A stretch of 61,860 nucleotides of DNA, counting the filler, from Nemertoderma westbladi (taxonomy: Eukaryota > Animalia > Xenacoelomorpha): NCBI GenBank assembly GCA_032718475.1. It is 4 parts of 4 records of this genome, joined end to end, with 100 filler letters (N's around TTAATTAATTAA, not from the genome) between each part and the next. Parts side by side here need not be neighbours in the genome. Positions count along the whole stretch, not along the records: positions 1 to 21,871 come from JAUCBJ010004732.1; positions 21,972 to 36,734 come from JAUCBJ010002202.1; 2 more parts are not named here. One strand, given 5' to 3'. The stretch's first letter is position 1. The number at the start of each line of letters is the position of its first letter. The notes beneath the pieces were generated by a model, which saw nothing but the letters and a program-made list of their open reading frames with translations, ran no database searches and was not told the DNA's origin. The translations under genes and the position numbers were made by a program. This document shows, one piece after another, positions 10,874 through 22,222 of the stretch.

Positions 10874-12450
10874 ATGAGAAACACTCTCTGCCTGCGTTAC
10901 TGTCTCGGTTGTAATAACCAACTCTTCTGTTGGTCGCAACTGACAGAAGTTGTTGCTGTGATTCACCATTCTCTGGATTCAACTACTAATAATGGTAATT
11001 TAGAGAGAAGTCCAACTCATTCAGAAAGTGGTGACTCTGGAATTGAATCCAGTTCCTCAAAATATCAGAGCCAATTGGATTTCCTGTCCCTTCAGCTGGA
11101 ACATCATTGCTCTAAAACGTACTCCAAGTCTGACTACTGGGTGGCGATACAGGGATTGGTTATGCTGCAGTTCAACCAAGTGGGCCATGTCAATGTTATC
11201 TAACATGATGCGCGTTCTTAGTGGTGGTCCATTCAATCCATTCAATTCCATTCAATGGTCTATTCAATGGGGCGGATTTGTAGTTGTTGTAATTACCAAC
11301 AACCTTCGTGCGAACAGGAGCTGTTTCAGTTTATTTCCAGGCTACACGGATGACAAACTGTGAGTTGTCCCACATCCATTAGACCACACAAAGCCGCTTT
11401 ATTTACTTCCTGCTGCAGTTCACGTATTGAAGTGTTTTCCGAAATAATTGGGTAAGTTGGAATAAGGGGTAGACATATCTTATTTTCTAATATATAGGAT
11501 AGTTTATTGGTGCAATAATGATTATGGTTTATTTGTAATTATTACTGCAATATATTAATAGATTAAAAATTTAAACTTGCAGATAACTGAGAAGTTATAG
11601 TTGCTCCAGATTGGGGGTGCCATTGGTCGTTGGCAAGATGTTGTTGATCTGTACAAGACAGATAGGTATTCAATATTGGGGTTGATGTCGCTTACTAAGT
11701 CTGCAGTAAGTCCTGATTCATTGCAATTGCAGAATGTGAAGCATGTAACCCACGTCTTTGATGATCAGATCGCATCGCATTCAGTGCATCGATCTGCATT
11801 GCATCTCTGTGGCTGCAACCAGACAGCTGAAGTTATTGAAACCATTCTCAACTGGTGGAAACTCATTAATGTAAAGTCAATAACAAAATCAGATCACTTC
11901 AATGATAAGTTTCGAAACGCGATTACATCAACTGATTGTTACGCAATCCAAGAGTTAACTGAACTCAGAAAATAATTCCACTTATTGCCCCACACGAACA
12001 GCAAAAATCGAGAATGTTGCGCATTGTATCGTTCAAGTTTAGGTCTTTGTGATCTTGCGAGCTATTTAATAAGTAACGGTTTCAGTTATGTTCTGACAGC
12101 TGAGGGGGAACAAGATATTCTCGAGGGAGAGTTCGGCTGTTTCCGTGCTATGGCTGTCACCATTGTACAATTACAGCTAAGGAGGTTGCAGTGCTTTCAG
12201 GTTGCGTGGTCTACTCACCTTATATAAGATGGGAGAGCTACCAACTACCCTCACATTACCTGAGCACCCGAAGAAGTGCACAGGGTGTCAGTAACCACTA
12301 TCAGAGGAAGCAATCGACGACCTTATTGACTTTGAGGTGTCTGAGGAGGCCAGACAGTCTGCTGGATATGTTGCAGGTTTCATTGTCTGGGTTAATCCCA
12401 AACTGGATAATGGTGGCAAAACCAACAAACTTAATAACCAATTTATTCAG
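10874..12450 (+). pseudogene. P-element/THAP9-like transposase, degraded
   Basis: PL-YLLPAAVHVLKC-RNNW near 11390-11450; SPDSLQLQNVKHVTHVF and TILNWWKLINVKS (11601-11975); GFSYVLT...QDILEGEFGCFR (11985-12227). Boundaries approximate. Confidence 0.75.
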
Positions 12451-12770
12451 AGTTTCTCGTCTACTTGGCTTGTCAATCAACAAACGGCTGGGCTGGGACT
12501 GCCAATGCCTTCTTGGCCTGTTAATCAACAAACGGCTGGGATGGGCTGGGCTTCCCCTTAGAAGGTTAATCTAATTAGATGGCTGGTGGTAATACATTGA
12601 CACCTAAACATTAATCATACAGCTGCAGTATATAGAAGGCATCTAATTGGCTTGTCAATCAACTGACTGAAGGTGAGCATCAATTTGGTTATATAATCTG
12701 TGGCATGGTTGGTCTATCAGTGTCACCCAACAGCATTCCATACATACTATAATACTAATATAGACCTCAT

Positions 12771-13084
12771 ATTATGTAACATCCCTTTGGGTTATGGAAT
12801 ATAGGGGGGTTTTGTCCAGTGTTTAGAAACATTAAATATGCATTGAATGGGCCTGTTACTGAATTGTTATTATGTAAAATCTCTTTGGGCTACGGAATAT
12901 AGGGGGGTTTTGTCCAATGTTTAGAAACATTAAATATACATTGAATGGGCCTGTTACTGAATTGTAAGAAACATGAATGACAACCAAGAGTAAATTGGGG
13001 GGTTTTGTCCATTTTCCAAATAAGTAGGGGGTTTAGACCAGGGGGGGGGGGGGGTTGTCCAGGGGGGGTTTTGTCCGCCTTCCC
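12771..13084 (-). mobile_element. Solo Mutator-like terminus with GGACAAAACCCCCC subterminal repeats and a ~97-bp duplication
   Basis: Repeated GGGGGGTTTTGTCC. Terminus reverse-complements to GGGAAGGCGGACAAAACCCC, similar to the 4217 terminus. 12771-12866 is duplicated at 12868-12965. Confidence 0.5.
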
Positions 13085-13652
13085 TTAGTAACATACAACC
13101 ATCAGACCATACAGTTCATTCTTACAATAGGTACCATACCACTGTCTGTAGCTGTACCCGTACTCTGTACAGTCCTGTCAGGTCACTGCAGTGCAAGGTA
13201 CTGTCAGTGTCAGTCTGTATGTACTCTGTAGGCCTACTGTATGTACTCTGTCTGTTTGAGGCCTTCCATAATTGTCAGATTGTTACACCAACAAATCGGC
13301 ACTGGTTTTTATTGGACTATATAACTCACTCATTTTTACATCAACATCATGGTTGACATTATTTTAGTGGTTCTTCATCATTCAATCTGTCAGTTCACAT
13401 CAAATATCAGATTAAATTTGATCTTTATAGATTAAAGAAGACTAGGCCTAAATCCATTCATTTTCAATTTTACAATTTTCTACATCTACAATCTAGGGTC
13501 GCTGACCGACTTTTAAAGGTAAATTAGGGGCAATTTTACCATTTAAACAACAACAATTTAGAGAAATTTACAGATTCGGTTCAGTTTGTTACCAGTTCGG
13601 TTTTTCAATTATCCAGTTCAGTTTGGTCCAAAATCAAGGTTCGATTGAACGC

Positions 13653-13880
13653 TAGTGTGACCATAATAAATTCTTTCCAAACCGGAACATGTCAAATATG
13701 CAGGCATGCGAAGCAAGCAAAAATATTGTGAGTGAAGCTAGCAAAATACCACGTACGAAGCGTGTGAAATTTTTTGTGTGTTTTTAAGGTGTTTTTTTAA
13801 ATAGAGTAACTCTAACCATATCATAATCCTTAACAATCCATCACACAGTCCCAGTCAAAACGGGATTCATGGTCACCTTA
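13653..13880. mobile_element. Possible hAT-type MITE
   Basis: Ends TAGTGTGACCAT / ATGGTCACCTTA resemble the TAGGGTGACCA TIR type; no matching 8-bp TSD. Confidence 0.4.
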
Positions 13881-14187
13881 TCTATGAGGATGGTTAGGCT
13901 TATGAATATGTGAGACTTAGTTGGACACAGTGACAGTGATAGTGATTGATGATGTCTGATCATTGTAGAAGAATAAGAACAATGTATAAGTAACAATGTG
14001 GAAATAAGAACCCCAATGTATTTGAATTAAACAAACATTAATTATTATAATTATTATTAATTATTATTAAACTATTCCAACTTTAAACAATGTTTTTGAT
14101 GTTTTAAACAATGTTTTCGACTAAATGGACTCACTCTAGACTAGGCAGTAGCCATACTATACTACTGAGACTGACTATGATACTACT

Positions 14188-14479
14188 TTTTTATGAGGGA
14201 AATCTTAATAGAATAATGAACGATGTCGCCAAAGAAATAATTTTCCACTTCATTTCAAATCAAATTAATATTAAATTAAACAACACATTGTTGTACCGTT
14301 AATCCAGTATTAGAATAGGCAGTTGTTTTTACTTACCCTGAAGATGGCTCTATTTTGAGTTGAAACGTTGGTTTATGTCTGTATGTCTTATTATGTATTA
14401 TGTATTTGTTATTGTTTAATTTAATATTAATTTGATTTGAAATGAAGTGGAAAATTATTTCTTTGGCGATATCGTTCAT
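14188..14479 (+). mobile_element. Non-coding Penelope-like pLTR element with partial inverted repeat
   Basis: 71-bp inverted arms at 14213-14283 and 14412-14482 (1 mismatch); 12-bp direct repeat TATGATACTACT at 14176-14187 and 14480-14491; internal hammerhead. Confidence 0.75.
14335..14372 (+). ncRNA. Minimal type I hammerhead ribozyme (Penelope-type)
   Basis: ACC-CTGAAGA-TGGCTC-TATTTT-GAGTT-GAAA-CG-TT-GGT: intact core, stem I ACC/GGT, stem II GGCTC/GAGTT, palindromic AACGTT. Confidence 0.75.
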
Positions 14480-15170
14480 TATGATACTACTAACAAATTT
14501 AAAGACTGAGATAGGACTTAACAGTATGTGGCTGGCTCCATGACGTTTGTTTGATATCCGCATTCATTTCTTTCTAAATGGAGATCTATAATATAGTTTT
14601 TAAGTTAAGTTAAATTATGAACGTTTCTAATAGAAAATGTATAGCCAGAAAACATTATAATATGATACCGTTGTTTGATAATGATATGATTGTTTCTAAA
14701 TGAAAAATGTATCGCCAGAGAATGTCATAATATTATTTATTGCTTGAGTTTCTTGTTCTTTGGTTTACTCACAGTTCTCTCAACACGACTTGGAAGTTTA
14801 TGCTGCCCTGGCTTCCTAGCAACACCTTTAACACTTTTTGAGCAACACCTATTTTTTAAACTATTTGTTTATATACCATGATTCTCCATGACTTTTATTT
14901 TGACTCGTCATTTTGTCATGACTTTTATCATGACTTTTGGCTAATGGTTCGAATGCAGAAAAAAAAATGTGTACAAATTTTATACAAAATTTTTAAATCA
15001 TTGATTGTCTTTAACAGCCACATGCGTCAATTGATGCAATTTCGGTTTTTCCTATTTTCCTAAGTTCAGAAAGAAATATAATTTGATGAGAGAAAACATG
15101 ACAATTATTAGTTAGAGTTATTTAGACAATTATTTAGACATTCTATTATTTAGACAATTATTAATTCATA

Positions 15171-16731
15171 TTACTGAATGCACTTATTGCACACAAGTGC
15201 TAGGCACTTGCCACACATTGGTAGATTACACTTTGCACACTTGGAAACAGTTTTGTTGCGTTGGCAGTTGCTCCTGATTACACAGGTTACTTGCTTCCTT
15301 GCGGCCAAAGGCAAAGGGGAAGCAACAGCTGGCTCATATGCGGGCTCATCAATCTGGCCAGTAACATCTTTCCGTTGTTCAGATGACAGTTCCATTTGAA
15401 ATCGACGACGACTCATTTGGCTACCTGTCTTCTTCCGATACAGAATCCATGCATTTACTCCTGCAATATCAAGGATATTGAAGAATACAGCCAAGGGCCA
15501 TCGTCTGCAGCCTGCCTTTGTTGACATCATCCGAGCCATGGAATTCAGTAAGTCTACTCCAAATTTGTTGTTGTTATAGTACACAATCGTCTCTGGTTTA
15601 CGTTTTCCATCATCCTGCCTCCTTGAGCCATTGTGTTGGGTTGATATGATATGTACTACCTTCTTTGCTTTGGCTTGGTAACAAGTGAGATGAACTTGAC
15701 CAGTTTGGAAAAAAACAGATCGCACAGTCCCGACTAGAGTGATACGTCGGTGCAACAAATTTTCGGCAAGACCTTTGTTGGTAAAAAAAATTGTCTGTTG
15801 TCACATTATAACCCTTACCAAACAAAGGCTCTGTCAGCTTCATAACAACATGGGTTCCAAGACTAGTTTCTCGAGTTTAATTCTTCCCCAGGTAGGGTAA
15901 CATGTTGTAGCAGAATTTGGTTTCTACTTCTGCTAAAATCCAAAACTTTATACCAAACTTATCTGGCTTGTTCGCCATGTATTGAGTAAATTTGCACCTT
16001 GCCTTTGTAGGAAACAATTGTTCATCGATTGTCATGGATACATCTGGAACATAGCTTTTTTGGCTATTCTCAATTAAGCGATTCAGTACCCAAGAGATCA
16101 TACAAAACTTATCAGTTTCTAGATTTGCTCGGCGAGTAGATTTTTTATCAAAACGTAAATACTTCTTGATTTCGTGGAAACGATTACGTGGCATTGTTCT
16201 GGAAAATACTGGACATACCATGCTTTTTGACCACAATAAGTCTAGTGGAAAATTGCGTTGGTTCATGACACCTCTTAGATATAGTAACCCAAAAAAGGAC
16301 TCCAACTCTTCCTCAGACAGCAACCAATCTGGTAAGAATGTTTGTGCGTATTCCTTTGTACAGTCGAGAATGAAACGTATACATCCCTCATCAATCAGCA
16401 GTCTCCATGCATCTGCTGGTGTTTGGATATTACGACAATAATTTGTCACTCCAACCCTTGCGGTAAAAACATTATGTCTCTAATACCGACCAGCAGGTAT
16501 TTGCCCAGCAAATTTCCATTTTGTCCCATCTTTTCCTTCATGAACCAGAGCATCATTATCAACATCTGTCTCAGACTCAATAGATGAATCAGAATTTTCT
16601 TCATTGACTTCACCCGCTTCCGATTCATGGTCGTCGCTTTCATCACCACTTTCATCACTCTGGATGTCCAAAAGACGTACCAAGGCTTCTTCAGCTGTAT
16701 AACGGTGCACCATAGCAATAAACTTATACAA
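15171..16731 (-). pseudogene. piggyBac (PGBD4-like) transposase, frameshifted
   Basis: Acidic N-terminus; IDEQLFPTKARCKFTQYMANKPDKFGIKFW; NVTTDNFF; YNNNKFGVDLL; RRWPLAVFFNILD; C-terminal Cys-rich domain. Split over four ORFs. Confidence 0.92.
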
Positions 16732-17385
16732 TATGGGTATAATATTCAGACTTACCTACTTGGGCTATGTAAATAAAAGTATTGCAGTATTTATGATTAT
16801 ATATTATTATTATTATTGATTGGTAGCATACATCAAGCTTAGGTTATATGTTTGTATACTTACTTAGAATATTTACTACTTTATCCCAAGACCATCAGAC
16901 TCTGTAAGTCAGTACAGCAGTACTGTACATACTACTGTATGTACATACATACTATATGAATATTAGCATATAGCATATAATGTTTAGTAGGCATGCTGTA
17001 GTACATGCAGAGAGGGGGGTGGGACTCTGGCTGAACACACTGCCTGACTTTACCCCTAACAGAAATAATAAGCCAAGTTTATCTATAGTACACTAGACAC
17101 CACTGCCCAGCCAGTCAGTACAGCACAAAAGCAGATTGTCAGGATGTCAAGTTGCTCTAGGCCTATAGGCCTAACTAACTACCAGTATTCCCGAAACACT
17201 GCCCGACGTACTACAGTGAGCCTAACAGGGAATAATAATTATTAAAAAATAGAATAATAAACTAAGTTTATCCATAATATACAGTATTAGACACCACAGC
17301 GCATCAGTCAGTCAGTACAGCTCCACTACTGCACTAAGGCAGACTATCAGGTTGTCAAGAAATACCAGCAGGCCTACACACACAG

Positions 17386-20300
17386 TTATCTGGAATAGTC
17401 AGATACTGGTTGGCCCTGATTCCACATTCTTCCTACAATATTGACAGAGACCTGCAATGTATAAAGACAAGTATTGCTGATACAATGTATGAACTTCTTT
17501 TTGTCCTCATTCATCGAGAACCATATACTTTTCTCGACTTGGAACTTTCGAAATGAAGCCACTAATACATAATTTCCTGCATCATACAACACTCGACGTA
17601 GATCATGCATGTGAACCGAAGAAATATTACTGAGCTTCTCCACAAGTTGAGGCAGTGGTTGTGGTGTCCAGTTGGTGGATAGCTTCAGTATGTTGTTTAT
17701 AGATTCACATGAGTTGTTTGTCCATAGCTTTGGGCTTTCTCCTTCTAGATTTGGGAGACATATGTACTGAAACAGAGGAAGGGTCAGCAACATATGTATT
17801 AAAATAGGTCTTAAATGCTGGATAAGCATCAAGACCCTGACACTTCAAATCAAACTCGGTTCTGTCATTACTGTTTACCAAACCATTGTCTCCAAATATT
17901 AATGATACAATACAGCAATTCTATCTTTAACCTTGCAGCCAACCTTATCACTCAAATATCGACCAATTTCTTCCCTCATATGCTTTGCATATAAGTATAA
18001 TTTCGAATATGGAAAAACTGTCTTGAGCGCCTTAGTTATTCTCCTGATCTGAACCCCACTTAACTTCAAAAGTAAGATCGTCTGATAACTTGACTTTGAC
18101 ATAATTGAAGAACTTACTATATGTCTCCAAATCAGAATCATAGTTTAAGTACACTGGTCCAAGAAAAATTGGATGTTGCTGGTGATCATCACTGCGAACT
18201 ATGGTATTGTTTCTGTAGACCATAGTGGTAATATAGGCTGAACCGAGGTTGAATGTCTTGTCAATACCAACAACACAATCCTCAGACAGTACACATTGGC
18301 GCATATCAATTAATTGTTCATATGAATGTATCACAAAGGAAAGCGACTTATTCTTTGACATAAACACTTCTTGAACGTTATTATTTTCATTAACAGAATT
18401 AATGAGTTCGACCACTTCATCAGCAATTTTGTGCTATTCACCGTTGTTTTCGCAGTTTCCTTCTTTTTATCCTTGTATTTTTCATTTCTAATGAGGAGCA
18501 GCAAATGAATTTTCATCCCCCATTTCCCGATATACCTCACATGGAACTTTGTTCTCTACTACCTCCCCAACTTTCTCCATGATAGATAGTAATGTTGTGT
18601 ACGGTGAAGATTCCTCTTGTTTCATACTCCCATGTGGCTTTGTGTCTGGTAAATCACCAAGATATTCTACAACATATGTAGATTCTTTGAGATTTAGCAG
18701 TGAACTATCTTTTATGAAAGTTGCACGTTTTCTATCATTCTTCTGTGCCACAAGATAACTATAGCATCTACATACATTTATAATAGTATCCACAGTGGGC
18801 TGGGGGTCACTTGGAATGAATGTCTTCTTCTTATGCTTTACAACAATCGTCCCATTTACCATTCTTGTCTGCAGTGTTTTAACTTTAGAAAGTTCTGCGT
18901 CAAACACCAAGTATATATCGTGCTATTGACTGAGGTACCACAACAAGATTTACATGACCCACAGTCATCCGGGAAATTGCAGCGCATTCCATTATTTCTG
19001 CATTGTACATTGTCACTGTTGTCCACCAAGAAGTAAATGTTATTCTTTGTTCCCAGAGGAATCTCTTCGAGAACTTTAATATCCGTATCTTTATGTAGTG
19101 CCTTTAGGATCCGATCAATGGACATAAACGATCCTGAACTTATGCCACATTTCACCTTCCCTGATTGTTGGCTTTCTTTATTATCAAATTGTATTACTGG
19201 TACTTTAGGTTCATTGAGCATCATTTAAGATTTTACAGGAGTTGATGTTGCCAATGCGCTAACGACACATGCAGGGTCAGAAGGTAATGACAAATCACGA
19301 ATCTCAAACTCGCCTTCAACATCATCTAATTGTAGCACAGCAACAGCATCTATCACAGTGTCTTCATCAGAATCATCCAGTATAACTTCTTCAAAATTCT
19401 GATTTTCTATATTCTCATTTGGAAGCAAAGGCATAAAATGGTTTGGATGCCATCTTTTACAAGCACAATAATACGCTATAAACGCTATAACCACCACCAC
19501 TCCATAAAATGTATACAGTAGAAACATTTCTTACCTGTTTTAGATTGTCACAGGTGGACCCGTACTTCTTTATCCAATACATTATTTAGGGTGGATAGAT
19601 GGATTGAATTCGAACATTCACCACAGTAGCCAATGCAAACAGATGCCACAAACCTGAATATCTTCCATCTATACATGACAGTAGCAAATTCTGATCATAT
19701 GACTTAGATGTAACCGCATCCAAGTCCATACATTTCTTCTCATTTTCAGAGATGTAGTATGATGAGTGATTATGAAGTTCGATAGAAGTCATTGCGCTCA
19801 GATGTATAAAATTCATTTCCAAAACATGCCATAGACATAGCATTATACAAACAATTGCCATCATCCTACTACTACTAGGATCGGCATGCTGCATTGCAGC
19901 TGCATTTTTAAGAACTGTCCACCATGCTTATTCACTCCATGAGGCTGCCAAAGTACAAGATTATGCACTGGCTGGTCCTCACGGCGAAAGCAATGTCCTG
20001 CAAAGCGGAGGCGATTTTGTTCTAGTGTCAAGCTTGGGGGAACCAATGAGACACCTCCAATGTTATATAGTGTCTGGTTGGAGATGTGTGCATTGTACTT
20101 GACACAATGAACCCGGCGTAGCATTCTTGTGAATGTGCCATCCAGAGATTTGGTGTCCTCAGCAGTTAGAGCCCAGCATGGACTCCCATAGAGGAGTACT
20201 GGAACTACTGCTGCTCTAAATAATCGGACCTTAAGTTTCCGATTAATTCTCGGTGACTTCCAAATCCTGGAAAGCCTATTCAAGGCTGCCCATGCCTTTC

Positions 20301-21690
20301 CCTTACGTATTCGAAGGTCCTCACCTGACTTCAGTCAACCACAATAATGAACAAGAATGGTGCAAGTGTGTCTCCTTAGAGGACGCCCCATAACACTTCA
20401 AATGGTTCTGTGTCACCGTCAACAGTAGACACAAATGTTGTCGAACCATCGTATACTGATCTGATTGCTGCAATAATTTCATCAGGAATCCCATATAATG
20501 AAAGTATGCTGAACATACGTGAGCGAGAGACTGAATCAAAGCCTTGAAGAAGTCAACAAAGATAACAGCCAGATAGATAGATGCCTGTCTTTCTTTTTTG
20601 ATAACTCTTCAATTATCCTTCTAAGTGCCAAAATGGGCTCCATGGTCCCACGACCTTTACGGAACCCATTCTGATTTCCACGGAGCAGTCTCTCAATGGG
20701 ATCCCTGATGCGATTTAATAGAATCCTATTGTATAGCTTTGCAGCAATCGAGATCAATGAGATTCCCCAAAAAGAACCATAGAGTGTTAGGTTGCCCTTC
20801 TTGGGAACTGGCACCAACTTATTTGTTTTCATTTCTTGTGGGACTCTTGTTGTTCGGTACATATCTACTATGATGGGATAGATGAGCTTTAAACACTCAG
20901 ATATTTTAAAGACCTCAGGGGGAACACCATCTACTCCACTGGCACGATTGGTCTTAATGCTCTTTGCAGCAGCCTTCACTTCTGCAAAGGAGATATCGCC
21001 AATGGGAATATCTGGGAGTACAGACTCAGACACTTTTACTTCTATAAAGTTATCAGGCAATACCCTGTCATTATTGAGGAGCTTTTCAAAGTGGGCTTTC
21101 CAACCTTTGAGGCGATCGGCTGGTGATTCAGCCTTAACCTTGGTGGTTGGTTGGCTTTTTCGCCCAGTAAGCAGATTGATCGATTTCCATGCCTGGGATG
21201 ATTGCCTGCTGTCATCAGCATCATTGATGGCATCAACCTGTTGGTTTATTAGCTCCTGTAGATTAGCAGAGTACTGCCTGTTCAGGGACCTAGATGCAGC
21301 CTTAACTGCATTCTTGGCCGCTGTAGTCTGTTTGAGTCGGCCATCATCCTCCACAGCTATAGGTGTGTAATTTTTGAACAAAGGACCACATTTAGTAATT
21401 ATGTCCGCTCCAATCGAATCCACATTATGTTTAACATTATCATATACATGCTGCTGTTTAGTTGACAATGGTCTAGCCAGATTGCATAAAACTCCTTCCA
21501 GTTTAATAGTATTTGAAAAATTTGTCTTCTACAAATATATTCCAACTCATTAGGCATTTCGTTTAATATGGAAAAGTCACTTTCTGATAAGTTTTCACAT
21601 AATATATGGTACCATGATTTCCAGTTGCCACAACAAACGGTTTCTCCATCACAGCTCTTATCACATACCCCACAAGGATAAAATGATCGG
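17386..21690 (-). mobile_element. Degraded Mutator-type transposon coding region: PHD finger + OTU/vertnin-like domain + MULE transposase, interrupted by an RTE LINE
   Basis: PHD: FYPCGVCDKSCDGETVCCGNWKSWYHILC (~21600-21685). OTU-like: VEDDG|NCLYNAMS, YSGLWHLFALATVV, WHPNHFMPL. MULE: GIDKTFNLG, PIFLGP, WGSDQE, YAKH, WTNNSCESINNILK. Confidence 0.75.
19868..21339 (-). mobile_element. RTE LINE copy, 5'-truncated with ~340-bp internal deletion
   Basis: Near-identical to the 3' half of 22223-25985; (TAG)n tail; 11-bp TSD GCCATCATCCT at 19857-19867 and 21340-21350; deletion junction ~20332 removes FADD. Confidence 0.95.
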
Positions 21691-21871
21691 AATATTTTTC
21701 CATATCTTCATGCATATTTCCATATCTACAATATCAACTAGGTTGTATGTAGGTAGGCCTAGGCTATAGAAGTAGTCTAGTACCGGTAATACTATAATAC
21801 TTAAAACAAGCTAGGCAGCTAGGCCCTCTCCCATACAGCCATATACAAGCTAGAGGCCTGAGCAGTCTTTG

Positions 21872-21971
21872 NNNNNNNNNNNNNNNNNNNNNNNNNNNNN
21901 NNNNNNNNNNNNNNNTTAATTAATTAANNNNNNNNNNNNNNNNNNNNNNNNNNNNNNNNNNNNNNNNNNNN
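21872..21971. other. Artificial contig linker
   Basis: 44 N + TTAATTAATTAA (stops in six frames) + 44 N. Confidence 0.97.
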
Positions 21972-22222
21972 GTAGAACTGAGCAGCATGTGCGTGATCTA
22001 GTACTACGACAGACGGCTGGAGGGAGGAAACGTTGTGGTCAGTCATTGAAATTCCTGAAACGTCTGTTAACTGGTCTTGAAACAGTAGTGCAGCATAGAG
22101 CGTGATATCTATCGTTGGAACTTCCACCTTAAAAACCAATTGGCAGTTGGAGTCTTGCTTGTGGAATTGGTTGGAACAAATGTGAAAATGGAATCCGTGC
22201 CTTGTACCACCCGCCCGTGCCT

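Noticed and set aside
15011-15040. piggyBac terminus (TTAA followed by TGCGTCAATTGATGCA)
   Set aside because: Suggestive, but no matching opposite terminus was found, so element ends are not called.
20536-21468. 310-aa ORF as a novel fusion gene
   Set aside because: Chance in-frame junction of a truncated LINE and the interrupted transposon, shown by the TSD.
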